From positions 6,914 to 70,913 of the forward strand of contig WJMA01000062.1 of assembly GCA_014728175.1 (NCBI GenBank): a stretch of 64,000 bases of DNA, read 5' to 3'. Made by a program: the position numbers and the translations under genes. Numbering within the stretch: the first letter of the stretch is position 1; each line of letters opens with the position of its first letter. The notes beneath the pieces are model-generated. The model did no database searches. It was not told where the DNA came from and saw only the letters and a program-made list of their open reading frames with translations. This DNA comes from Candidatus Fermentibacterota bacterium. GTDB taxonomy: Bacteria; Fermentibacterota; Fermentibacteria; Fermentibacterales; JCC-6. Of this stretch, positions 36,536-46,033 are shown piece after piece.

Positions 36536-38938
36536 TTACCTCAGGACCATCACCGAGCGGGTATCGGTGAAGGCGGGAGCGGACACCCTGACGTGATAAA
36601 CACCTGCGGGCACTCTGGCCCCGCTGGCGTCGGTCAGATCCCATGCCAGGCTGTGGTTTCCGCTCTGCAGCTCGCCCTGGTGGATGGTGGCGACCTTGCG
36701 GCCGGTCAGGTCGAAGACCTCCACCCTGGCATCGCCAGTCGATTCCAGGCCGAACCTGAGCACGGCCGCCTGGTAGGCCGGGTTGGGAGCGATCGAGTAG
36801 ACCGCGCTACGTGGTATCGGTGACTGGAAGTCCTCCGTACCTACGCCGGTAACATCGATCGTCCCCTGGTCGGTGATGAAGTTCCTGGCCCAAACGGCGA
36901 TATCCAAGGTACCGATCGTCTCGGGCTCCACGAAAATATCGATCTCGCCAGACGCATCGGTGTAGTCGATCTCGTAGACCTCTCCGGTCTGCCAGTTACC
37001 CTTTTGCAGGCATACCCTGGCATTCTCCACCGGCGCGCGGCCATCGTCCACCGTCACGTGGACCCAGGTGCTACCGGTTATGGACGCGGGATGGGTTACC
37101 TGGAGATCGCCGGCCTCCTCGGTCCACATGGGCAGCTCGGGATCACCGAACAGGTTGTACTCCTTCATGCACCAGTCCATGTACGTGCTGCAGGGGGGCA
37201 CGAAGAAGTCCATGCTGGTGCCGTGACAGATACCGAGGTTGTAGAGGTCGTTCTCCCAGTGATCCTCGTAGAACCTTATACACAGCCTCTCGCTGGGGCC
37301 CTTGCAGGCTCCGGCGAAGTTGCCGAATCCGTAACGGCTGTTGAAGCAGCCGAAGCCGGCTCCCTCCGGGGAAGCGATCCAGGCGTCGCCGCAGCACTCG
37401 TAGCCGTCCAGCTGCCCGATGTTGCAGGCTATGGACTGCCACAGGGCCGGCAGGTTGCCCGAAGAGATGTTGGTCTGGGCCATTATGTGGTCCACCGTGT
37501 AGTTGCTTCCGTAGGAGGTGTACATGTAGGTCTGGCTGCCGTGGCTGGCATGGAACACGTGGTGGGGCCCGGCATCGATCATCTCTCTGGTGAGGTCGGA
37601 GTTGTTGGTTCCTCCGGACTCGTAGAGCTTTTCCTCTTCCCACTGGGCGTTGGGCACGAACGTGGAGATTGACTCCGCGTCGGCGCTGCCGGGAATGTAT
37701 GGCGAGCTCCACAGGATTCCCGTGGTGTAGCCCATCCGCAGCTCTATGGGCGAGGTCTCGAAGTAATCGTAGGACTGGACCTGCTCGTAGATGAGAACCT
37801 TGTCCACGAACAGCTCGGCCTCGGAGACCGAGTTGACGCTGGCTCTTCCCACCCAGAGATCGGGATGGTAGTCGACCTGGTCCCAGCCGGCCGGCTGGGG
37901 ATACTCGTAGGGATAGGGCACCTCACCGTAGACCTGATCGCAGTTGGCGTCCCACAGGTCCACGCCCGGGGAGGTGTCGTTGATGTCCGCGTAGTAAAGG
38001 TCTCCGGGAGCTTCCTCGGTGTACGATGAGCTTCCCACCAGCATGACGTCCCGACACTCGACCTTGTCGTCGTCGCCGTATATGAGCACGTAGTCGGCAC
38101 CCTCATCACGGCAGTCGGTCAGGAACGCGCGCATGTCCTGCTGGAGGTCGACACAGGAATACTCGCCGTCCACCCAGGTGGTCGTGTACACGTTTGCCGG
38201 TATGCCCTTGGCCGTCTTCCAGTCGGCCAGCTCCTGGGCCTGGGTCTCGTACTCGTCTGCGGTGATTATGACGTACCGGCCGTAGGCCAGCTCGCGCTCC
38301 GACACCAATGTGGCGCCGGAAGGGCTTACGTCCTGCGGGTTGACGACCAGCCTTCTGGCGATTTCCATCGCCTTTTCCTCGCTGGACGCCGCCCTGCGGC
38401 TGACCAGACGCACCGAAGGGTCCTCCTCGTAGGTAACCCTTACGGTCATATCGGAAAGAACCTGCAGGGTCCTGCTGGCCGGGTTCCACCGTACCGGGAA
38501 GACGTTCATGTAGGCCATTGGTATCCCCCAGTAGACGCTGGAGCTGTGCAGAGCCGCCATGGATCTGGGGAAGTAAGTGCTCCGGTCGTAGATCTCCGGA
38601 TTAGGGAGGGCCTGAACGTAATCCATCTCCACCGAGAGAGGGACGGGCTCGTTGGCCGGAAGGATATCGTAGCAACCGTGCATGTCTTCGTAACGGGCCT
38701 CCACCACCTCGACACCGGTAGCCTTGCAACCGGTGGGAAGGGCCACCCTGACCGGCATGACCGGCAGGTAGGGCGAGCCTTCCTTCACGATGTTGGGCAG
38801 ATTGCCGACGGTTACTACGGTGTAGATCCCATCCTCGGTGAGCTCTACATCGGACCGATCGAAGGGTACGGTAACCGTCAGCTCGCCCGCCGCAGCCGCA
38901 ACGACGCAGACCAGCACGAGCATAGCTGTCAAGCGCAT
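36536..38938 (-). CDS. Peptidase C25 (gingipain-like) family cysteine protease with C-terminal T9SS sorting domain
   Basis: Signal peptide MRLTAMLVLVCVVAAAAG. Propeptide-like N-domain. Caspase-like catalytic region (…HASHGSQTY…, …IACNIGQLDGYECCGDAW…). Ig-like domains. ~80-aa C-terminal CTD (…VYSIAPNPAYQAAVLRFGLE…GVYHVRVSAPAFTDTRSVMVLR). Confidence 0.8.
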   Translation of the reverse strand: MRLTAMLVLVCVVAAAAGELTVTVPFDRSDVELTEDGIYTVVTVGNLPNIVKEGSPYLPVMPVRVALPTGCKATGVEVVEARYEDMHGCYDILPANEPVPLSVEMDYVQALPNPEIYDRSTYFPRSMAALHSSSVYWGIPMAYMNVFPVRWNPASRTLQVLSDMTVRVTYEEDPSVRLVSRRAASSEEKAMEIARRLVVNPQDVSPSGATLVSERELAYGRYVIITADEYETQAQELADWKTAKGIPANVYTTTWVDGEYSCVDLQQDMRAFLTDCRDEGADYVLIYGDDDKVECRDVMLVGSSSYTEEAPGDLYYADINDTSPGVDLWDANCDQVYGEVPYPYEYPQPAGWDQVDYHPDLWVGRASVNSVSEAELFVDKVLIYEQVQSYDYFETSPIELRMGYTTGILWSSPYIPGSADAESISTFVPNAQWEEEKLYESGGTNNSDLTREMIDAGPHHVFHASHGSQTYMYTSYGSNYTVDHIMAQTNISSGNLPALWQSIACNIGQLDGYECCGDAWIASPEGAGFGCFNSRYGFGNFAGACKGPSERLCIRFYEDHWENDLYNLGICHGTSMDFFVPPCSTYMDWCMKEYNLFGDPELPMWTEEAGDLQVTHPASITGSTWVHVTVDDGRAPVENARVCLQKGNWQTGEVYEIDYTDASGEIDIFVEPETIGTLDIAVWARNFITDQGTIDVTGVGTEDFQSPIPRSAVYSIAPNPAYQAAVLRFGLESTGDARVEVFDLTGRKVATIHQGELQSGNHSLAWDLTDASGARVPAGVYHVRVSAPAFTDTRSVMVLR

Positions 38939-39068
38939 CTCACACTTCCTCTCATGAGAGTATTTCAGTAAGCGAGGTAAATCAAGTAGACGACTAATAA
39001 GCCATTCATACAAAAACTTACTACAAAATTACATGCACAATCCAACGACCAAAGGCAAGATTCACCCG

Positions 39069-39127
39069 AGGGACGTTCCTAGCTTTCTGGGCTTTTTCGG
39101 GGTTTTTGAGTTTTTTGAAAACGTTCC
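39069..39127 (+). repeat. Solo-TIR remnant related to the MITEs at 50.5/52.0 kb
   Basis: AGGGACGTTCCTAGCTTT followed by a T-rich stretch and AAAACGTTCCG. The first 14-18 nt are near-identical to the left TIR of both MITE copies. Confidence 0.5.
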
Positions 39128-39237
39128 GCAGTCGGGTTTGCCCGCGGGGGGAAAGGTTTGTATCCTTTAGCGCGTAGGCAGCTATCGCGGTTTTGGACGA
39201 TTGAGATCGGGGATGATAATCTGGGAGGGGGCACGGC

Positions 39238-39711
39238 ATGGATGCCGAGCTGGAGAAGATAGCCCTTCAGGGAAGCTGGACGGACCGGGACTCCGACACC
39301 TTATCCGACGAGGCCAAGGAAGACACCATCGGCGACAGGCGGAAGTACATATTCTACTGCCCGTACTGCGACCAGGAGTTCGTCACCGATAAGCGTTACC
39401 GGGTCACCGGAAACGTGATCAGCGAATCCGTGAAGACCGGATGCTTCTGGAAGATGCAGGAACTCATCTGGGAGACCTTCTACCGGATTCCTCTCATCGG
39501 CCATTACCTCGGAGAGCGGGCCGAGCGCAAGGTGGACGAGAGGGAGGACCGCATGGAGGACAAGAAAGACCGCAAGACCCTCCTCGAGGCTTTCGAAGAG
39601 GTCAAGGGCAACTTCGTCCAGTGCTCGAAGTGCGGCCGGTACACCTGCGAGTCCTGCATGCAGGAAGCTGTCTGTGGCTTCTGCCGAGACGGCTTCTCCC
39701 CCGAGGAATAG
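39238..39711 (+). CDS. Hypothetical protein with two zinc-ribbon-like Cys clusters
   Basis: CPYC…(N-terminal) and CSKCGRYTCESC…CGFC (C-terminal), a charged central linker and a good RBS (GGGAGGGGG). No recognised family. Confidence 0.55.
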   Translation: MDAELEKIALQGSWTDRDSDTLSDEAKEDTIGDRRKYIFYCPYCDQEFVTDKRYRVTGNVISESVKTGCFWKMQELIWETFYRIPLIGHYLGERAERKVDEREDRMEDKKDRKTLLEAFEEVKGNFVQCSKCGRYTCESCMQEAVCGFCRDGFSPEE

Positions 39712-39723
39712 CTCCTTTAACGT

Positions 39724-40653
39724 CTAGTCAGTCGAAGCCGGAACCTTTTCGCCTTCCACCATCTTCATCTGGAATGGCTTGCTGGCCTCGCCGAAGTAAA
39801 GCGTCTGGTGGGGGAACGGTATCTCTATGCCCCGCTCGTCGAAGGCCTTCTTTATCCGGCGCAGGAACTGACGACCCACCTCCCATTGCTTTACCGGCTT
39901 GGTCTTCATTCGGGCCTTTATCACCACCGCGGAGTTAGCGAACTTGTCCACCCCGAAGATCTCCAGGTCTTCCAGTATCATCCTGCCGTAGTAGTCGTCG
40001 GCCCGCATTTCGGCCCCCACCTCCTCCATGATCCTGACCACCTCGTCGGTGTCCTCCTTGTAGGCGACCCCTATCTCGAACATGTATGCCGACCAGTCGT
40101 GGGTCATGTTGCTGAGGCTGTTTATGCTGCCGTTGGGGAACACGTGCACCACTCCGGCCAGGTCGCGCAGCACTATGGTCCTGAAGTTGACCTGTTCCAC
40201 CAACCCGCCTGTACCGTTGATGATCGCCACGTCACCAACCCGGACCTGGTTCTCCAGTAGAAGGAACAGCCCGGATATGACGTCCTTGACCAGATTCTGG
40301 GCACCGAAGCCTACCGCCAGACCGATGATGCCCGCGCTGGCCAGGATCGGGCCGATATCCACGCCTATCTCCCCCAGCAGTATCAGGGAGACGATGCCCC
40401 AGAAAGCGACGGAGACCGCCTGACGAATCAGCTTCATGATTGTCTCTACCCTCTTGGTCGCCTCGGAAGGGGCCTCTCCATCCGTCTGGTGCCTCTTTTC
40501 CAGCCTGCGCTGCAACCCATTAAGCAACCTCCGCAGACCCATCCTGCTAATCCAGGCCAGTACCAGGATGAAAACGATCCTCAACAGGCCAAGCAGCTTC
40601 TCCTGCCACATTATTTCCCCCAAGAATTCTTCAAGAGAACCCATTCCTTCCAT
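39724..40653 (-). CDS. mscS: Small-conductance mechanosensitive channel (MscS family)
   Basis: 3 TM helices, then the MscS beta-domain (GDVAIINGTGGLVEQVNFRTIVLRDLAGVVHVFPN). Confidence 0.88.
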   Translation of the reverse strand: MEGMGSLEEFLGEIMWQEKLLGLLRIVFILVLAWISRMGLRRLLNGLQRRLEKRHQTDGEAPSEATKRVETIMKLIRQAVSVAFWGIVSLILLGEIGVDIGPILASAGIIGLAVGFGAQNLVKDVISGLFLLLENQVRVGDVAIINGTGGLVEQVNFRTIVLRDLAGVVHVFPNGSINSLSNMTHDWSAYMFEIGVAYKEDTDEVVRIMEEVGAEMRADDYYGRMILEDLEIFGVDKFANSAVVIKARMKTKPVKQWEVGRQFLRRIKKAFDERGIEIPFPHQTLYFGEASKPFQMKMVEGEKVPASTD

Positions 40654-40711
40654 CCTCTCTGCTTGGAGTTCCAGATATGAAGTCGCCCGGTCCTATATTG
40701 GCAAAAAAGTC

Positions 40712-41412
40712 TCAGGAATGCTCTTTCGTAGCGTACGCGGCAATCGCTCTGCAATGGATATCGGTCGTATCCAGAAACGGAACGCCCTTGTACGGCCCCC
40801 GAAGGATCATAGGCAACTCCGTGCATCCCAGAATGAGGCCGTCGATGTCGCTTTTCTCGATCATCCTCGATACGATTTCAAGCAACCCCGTCCGCGTACC
40901 ATCGACTACCTCTCCGTGGCGCAACTCGGTCATCAAGGCGTTGTCTACGTAATCCCGATCTTTCTCGTTCGGCACGATCACGGTGATACCGAGGTCGGAA
41001 GCGGCCTCTTCGTAGAATCCCCCATGGTGAACCTCGTACCCATCAGACCGACCTTCCTTACACCCATCCGGTCCGCTTTCCGCAAGGTTTGCTGCACTAT
41101 GCTGATCATTGGAAGCGGGGATTGCTTTTCGATCTCGACAAAATACACGTGCGGCGTGTTTGCGCTGATGGCGGCGAAGTCGGCACCCGCCCTCTCCAGG
41201 CGACGCACCATGCCCAGGAACCACTCCACCGCCGAGGAAGAGTCGGAATCCCTGAGAAAGTCGAACAAAATGCTTATGTCCGCACTGTATATTACCATCT
41301 CAGGATTAGATAGCTCATCGAAGCAATTAGGCTTGCAGTAGCGGATAATTCTGTCGTAGTACAGCTTAGTGGCCTCGGGGCCCAGTCCACCGATCAGACC
41401 GATCCTTTTCAA
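40712..41412 (-). pseudogene. Aspartate/glutamate racemase family gene interrupted by a -1 frameshift in a C5/G5 homopolymer (41029-41033); authentic pseudogene or sequencing error
   Basis: N-terminal frame MKRIGLIGGLGPEATKLYYDRII...GLMGTRFTM (ends 40978). C-terminal frame GGFYEEAASDLGITVIVPNEKDR...GLILGCTELPMIL... Inserting one G at the G5 run restores a continuous ~235-aa Asp/Glu-racemase-like protein. Confidence 0.75.
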
Positions 41413-41927
41413 TGCTCGCTATCTTTCTCGGGCTTTACGAGATCCAGCTCCCAGTACACTACATCCGGCAGAGGATTGTCGTAGTACGGCTCCACCCGCT
41501 GAAAACCCATCGACTCGTACAGACCCATAGCCTCCCTCAACGAAGATAACGTATCGAGTCGCATCCTGCTGTATCCCATCCTACGGGCCCTTCGGATTAT
41601 CGACTCCGATAGCGCTCTGCCCAGGCCCATCCCCCTGTACTCGGGCCTTACGTACAGCCTCTTCATCTCGCAAATGCCCTCACCCAGGCTCTTGAGGGCC
41701 ACACAACCCGCTGCTCTACCTTTTGGGTACGCAATGAGGATGGCTCCCCCGGGCGGTCCGTACTCCCCCGGCAGGTTCCTCACCTCCCGGTCGAAATCTT
41801 GAAAAGAGAGGTCCAGCCCCAGGTAGCTCTCGTACTCCAGGAACAGGAGCCTTGCGTCCTCCAAACGCTCGGAGGTGTCGGCAGCAAATATCCGAGTTCC
41901 TGATGAGTCCCGATCCTCTGTGGCCAT
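41409..41927 (-). CDS. GNAT family N-acetyltransferase
   Basis: Acetyl-CoA binding motif region RLYVRPEYRGMGLGRALSE and C-terminal YESMGFQRV. Start at MATEDRD, overlapping the upstream OMP stop. Confidence 0.8.
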   Translation of the reverse strand: MATEDRDSSGTRIFAADTSERLEDARLLFLEYESYLGLDLSFQDFDREVRNLPGEYGPPGGAILIAYPKGRAAGCVALKSLGEGICEMKRLYVRPEYRGMGLGRALSESIIRRARRMGYSRMRLDTLSSLREAMGLYESMGFQRVEPYYDNPLPDVVYWELDLVKPEKDSEH

Positions 41928-42412
41928 CAGATGAGAGCGGAAAGGGAAAGCCCGGTCCATACTCCTTCGAAGTTGATTACGTTGAATCTGCAGGAGAGAT
42001 CGAAGAGCAGAGGGTTTACTCCGAAGCATTTGCCCAACTGGACGTACATGCCACCAAAGGAACCCTCCCAGTACGACTCAAGGCCCTCTCCCAAATCCTT
42101 GCGGGCCTCTACGTGGTACAGGGCGGGACCGCCGGAGAAGCTAAGGCCTATGGCATCCTTCCTGATGCCCGCGGTAAGGGCAACCAGGGAATAATCGTAC
42201 CCCTGGGAGGAATCCGGATCGATCTGCAGCGGCGACAGCTGGAAATCGCCTTCCAGGTCGAAGACGGGTAATTGATAAACGCCCCGGATCCCCAGAAGGA
42301 AGCTTACCCGCCAGGGATCGTCGTCCTCCTGTATCGGAACAAGTGCGCCCAGAGTAGGGCCTACATCGAACCCCTCCAACACCGCCAGAAGCACTAAGAC
42401 ACAACTCATCAT
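41927..42412 (-). CDS. Small outer-membrane beta-barrel-like protein (hypothetical)
   Basis: Signal peptide MMSCVLVLLAVLEG, alternating beta-strand pattern, ~160 aa. Start uncertain. Confidence 0.5.
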   Translation of the reverse strand: MMSCVLVLLAVLEGFDVGPTLGALVPIQEDDDPWRVSFLLGIRGVYQLPVFDLEGDFQLSPLQIDPDSSQGYDYSLVALTAGIRKDAIGLSFSGGPALYHVEARKDLGEGLESYWEGSFGGMYVQLGKCFGVNPLLFDLSCRFNVINFEGVWTGLSLSALI

Positions 42413-42850
42413 GATGGCAATAACCTCCGGTTTTGCGATCAATCCGATCCGCATACGCTACCGGCTCAATATGCTCCGATGACCGTGAACCGCAAGCGCC
42501 GGCTACGGCCCTTCCTGGTACTCCTCCAGGCTCAACCCTCCCGTGGTGAACGGACGGGCGTAGACCAGCCAAAGCGGGGCCCCGGACAGGCTCTGCCAGT
42601 CGGGGATCCACAGATAACCGGATTCCAGGCCCACACTCTCCGAGAGATTCCGGGATCTCTCGTTTGCAGCACCTCGGGGACGGGGGAATGATAAACTGGA
42701 TATAAACAGTAGATCGAGCCGCCCAGGCGGTCATTATGTTGTAGGCGATACTCCCTTGCACTAGATTATCGCTATTGGGGTTCTTATCTATCGTTTCTAG
42801 AGATTGGATAAGAAACTCGCGTTGATTGACCAACTAGCCGGAAATTAATA

Positions 42851-45340
42851 ATGAACGAAGACATCGAGCAACTCAAAGCCCGGATAGAACAGGAGTCTGA
42901 GCCCTGTAACCGCGTCGAGCTCATCGCCATGCTGGCCTGGACAACCAAGTATTCCGATCCCGGCCGAGCCGTCGAGCTGGGCGAGCAGGCCCTCGAGCTA
43001 GCCCAGGAGCACGGTTGTCGAGACGGTGTGGGTATGGCCTACCTGGCCGCGGCTATGGGAAACCTCCACCAGAGCCACTTCGAGACCTCCGAGAAGTTGG
43101 CTAGATCCGCCCTTGACATCTACGAGAAGCAGGAAAAACAGGAGGGTTTGAGGAGCGCTCACAACGTTATAGGCTCGGTCTATCTGAGATGGGGAAAGCA
43201 TGCCGATGCCTTATCTCATTTTCTGGCCTCTCTCAGGATTGACGAGCAGCTGGGCGAAGGTGCCGACCCGGGTATAACCAGCAACCTGGGACAGGTCTAC
43301 ATGCATCTCGGCGATTATGAGAACGCGCTCGATTACTTTCTGAGAGCAAAGTCGCAGTCGGACGGCATGACCGGTCCCGCCGACCTGAAGGCAGTCGTTT
43401 TCATAAACCTGGGTAGCGTTTACAAGGCCTTGGACGATCCCAGAACCTCACTGGACTTCTTCTCACAGGGACTGGAGATATGCGAGGCGAACGACATGCT
43501 TCAGGCCACAGCCTCCACCTACTCGGAGATGGGACACGCCGAGGGCATGCTTGGCCGGTTCGAAGACGCGCGGGAAAGCCTTCTGCATTCCTTAGAGATG
43601 TTCGAGCAGATGGGCGACGCAAAGGGAGCGGCGGACACCCTGGTAAGGCTGGGCGACCTGGAGATGAAGGCCGGGGCCGTCGATAAGGCTCTTACTTACT
43701 ACCAGGAGAGCATAGATACCTACGCCCAACTCGAGGATCTGCACGGAACGATAGAGGCCATGTTGGGCAAAGCCACCGGCCTGATACGCGGCAATCCCAA
43801 GGGCGCCCTGAAGATTCTGCAGAGCATCAGGGAACAAGCATCGGGGCACAGGTCTCTGTCACAGCTTCACCGCCTTCATAAGCTCCTCTCCGAAGCCAAC
43901 GAGAAGGTCGGTAATGCCGAGGAGGCTCTGGCGAGCTACAAGGAACAGCACAGGCTGGAGCTGGAGATACGCTCAGAGCGCACGCAGAAGAGGCTCCAGA
44001 GCCTCAAGATGTCCAACGAGGTCGACAGGGCGCACAAGGAAGCGGAGATCTACAGGCTCCAAACCCAGGAGCTCTCCCGCAGCAAGGAAGAGCTGGAGGA
44101 GCTGGTGAGAAAGAGGACCCAGGAGCTGGAATCGGAGATAAGGATCAGGCAGCTCTCCGAGGACTTCCGACGACAGCTGGAGATGGAGTTCGGGCGGGAC
44201 CAGAGGCTGGCCAGCCTGGGCGAGCTGGCCGGCGGCATAGCGCACGACTTCAACAATGTTCTTACCGTAATAAGCGGAAACGCCGAGATGGCCAGGCTGG
44301 AGACAGATCCGGATTCGATTCACGAACGCATAGACGCCCTTCTCAAGGCCACTGCAAACGGAGCTGCCCTAACCGGGCAACTTTTGGCCTTCAGTAGGCA
44401 TAGACCGATAAAGAGGGAACCCGTAGACATAGGCAAGGTGGTCCGGGAAACCACGACCATGCTCAAGAGGACCATGGGGCGTCGGGTGACAGTAAACCTT
44501 GAGCTTCCCGAGGAGTCGCTCTACGTTCTGGGTGACCGTCAGCAGCTTCAGCAGGTTCTGATGAATCTGGTGCTCAACGCCAGGGATGCAGTCGAAGAAG
44601 GCGGTACGATCACCATCTTTACGTCCCGTCCGGCCCTGGATCGGATAAAGGTGCCGGCGAACAGATCCGCTGCGGAATACGGCTACGTGATACTGGCGGT
44701 CTCCGATGACGGGATGGGAATCCCCCGGGAGATACAGGACAGAATCTTCGATCCTCTGTTCACTACAAAGGAATCCGGTCAGGGAACGGGACTGGGATTA
44801 TCGGTTGTGCACGGGATCGTAACCCAGCTGGACGGCTGGATAGATATCGAGAGCGAGGTTGGACACGGAACCACTTTCAGGGCCTACCTTCCCCAAGCCG
44901 CGGTCCGACCGTCCGGAGCAGAAGTGGAGGACGAAGCCACCGCGAAGGGCTCCACGGGCCACGGGGAAAAGATCCTGCTTGTGGAGGACAACCAGGACGT
45001 TCTCGATTTCGTGGCCGCGGTACTGCAGACCAGAGGATACCGGGTGATCAAGGCTCTGACGAAAAAACAGGCCCTGAATCTCTACGAACAAGAGAGCGGT
45101 GAGATAGACCTGTTGTTCATAGACGTGATGCTCCCCGACGGCTCGGGCATCGATCTGGCCCGGGAGCTGACTTCAGAGAAGCCGGAGACTCCGGTAATCC
45201 TCGGCAGCGGTTTCACACCCTCCAAGGACGCCTGGGATTACGTGGAGTCCAACGCGGTTCCCTTCCTGGAGAAACCCTACAGCGTAGCCAGCTTGTTCGA
45301 CGCGGTATCCAACTCACTGCGCGGGGCTGAGCAGCTCTGA
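42851..45340 (+). CDS. Hybrid sensor histidine kinase: N-terminal TPR repeats – coiled coil – HisKA/HATPase_c – C-terminal receiver
   Basis: ~330 aa of TPR-like repeats. Coiled coil. H-box GELAGGIAHDFNNVL. N/G1/G2 boxes (LVLNARDAV, DDGMGI, GTGLGLS). Receiver with phospho-acceptor Asp in LLFIDVMLPDGSG. Confidence 0.9.
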   Translation: MNEDIEQLKARIEQESEPCNRVELIAMLAWTTKYSDPGRAVELGEQALELAQEHGCRDGVGMAYLAAAMGNLHQSHFETSEKLARSALDIYEKQEKQEGLRSAHNVIGSVYLRWGKHADALSHFLASLRIDEQLGEGADPGITSNLGQVYMHLGDYENALDYFLRAKSQSDGMTGPADLKAVVFINLGSVYKALDDPRTSLDFFSQGLEICEANDMLQATASTYSEMGHAEGMLGRFEDARESLLHSLEMFEQMGDAKGAADTLVRLGDLEMKAGAVDKALTYYQESIDTYAQLEDLHGTIEAMLGKATGLIRGNPKGALKILQSIREQASGHRSLSQLHRLHKLLSEANEKVGNAEEALASYKEQHRLELEIRSERTQKRLQSLKMSNEVDRAHKEAEIYRLQTQELSRSKEELEELVRKRTQELESEIRIRQLSEDFRRQLEMEFGRDQRLASLGELAGGIAHDFNNVLTVISGNAEMARLETDPDSIHERIDALLKATANGAALTGQLLAFSRHRPIKREPVDIGKVVRETTTMLKRTMGRRVTVNLELPEESLYVLGDRQQLQQVLMNLVLNARDAVEEGGTITIFTSRPALDRIKVPANRSAAEYGYVILAVSDDGMGIPREIQDRIFDPLFTTKESGQGTGLGLSVVHGIVTQLDGWIDIESEVGHGTTFRAYLPQAAVRPSGAEVEDEATAKGSTGHGEKILLVEDNQDVLDFVAAVLQTRGYRVIKALTKKQALNLYEQESGEIDLLFIDVMLPDGSGIDLARELTSEKPETPVILGSGFTPSKDAWDYVESNAVPFLEKPYSVASLFDAVSNSLRGAEQL

Positions 45341-45345
45341 CAGGG

Positions 45346-45906
45346 CTATTCGGCCGACTTAATGCCGGCCCAGGTAAGGCCGTCGAAGGACAACGCCCAT
45401 ATCTCTATTTCCGTGCTGGTTACAAACTCGTGCTTGGTTGTGAAGTTGTCCTCGCCGTCGGCCCCCCGAGCCAGCAGCACCGTGTAGGTGTTTCCCGGGA
45501 CCAGCTGCTTGTCGTACTGGTCTCCAGAATCCAGGGGAATGGTGAAACGAACCTCCGTCTCCCCACCGCTCTCCGAGCCTCCGTCGAGAAGAACATCATG
45601 AGTTCCGCCCAAGGACGTGTCGGCATCGTGCGAGAAAGTCTGATAGCCGTAGTCGTCCCTGATCTCGGTGCTTTCCGTGGTTACGTACCCGATAATCATG
45701 TTTGCACCGAGCATCATGGACTCGGGATCGAAACCAACGGCTACCCAGCCGGTGGTGGGGCCGGTGAGCTCCACGGCAAGCGAGTCCCCGGGTTGAGTGG
45801 TCCATCTAAGCGTAAAACCCTCAATCTCGAGCCCTTGCCATCCTTGGCCTAATGCGCTGCAGGGTAAAAGACAAAACAGAAATATCAACAGGTAGAGCTT
45901 CTTCAT
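45346..45906 (-). CDS. DOMON-like lipoprotein, paralog 2 of 4
   Basis: MKKLYLLIFLFCLLPCSALG lipobox. Conserved blocks TGWVAVGFDPESMMLGANMIIGYV…RDDYGYQTFSH…LGG…YDK…LLARGADGEDNF…H. Confidence 0.65.
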   Translation of the reverse strand: MKKLYLLIFLFCLLPCSALGQGWQGLEIEGFTLRWTTQPGDSLAVELTGPTTGWVAVGFDPESMMLGANMIIGYVTTESTEIRDDYGYQTFSHDADTSLGGTHDVLLDGGSESGGETEVRFTIPLDSGDQYDKQLVPGNTYTVLLARGADGEDNFTTKHEFVTSTEIEIWALSFDGLTWAGIKSAE

Positions 45907-46033
45907 AAAAACACCTCGAATTTTCGGATTGTAATTCACGACCCCGACACTAGGAACATATCGGTTTGGGTTTGGCAATCCAATACCGCTCTCATGCGAA
46001 AGCACCATCCCCGAATCTTCTGCGGAGGTCTGA

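Noticed and set aside
42141-42833. 230-aa minus-strand ORF spanning the long intergenic region
   Set aside because: It has no homology signal, an irregular Arg/Gly/Pro-rich composition, and overlaps the small OMP gene. It is treated as non-coding, though it may contain a decayed GNAT-like fragment.
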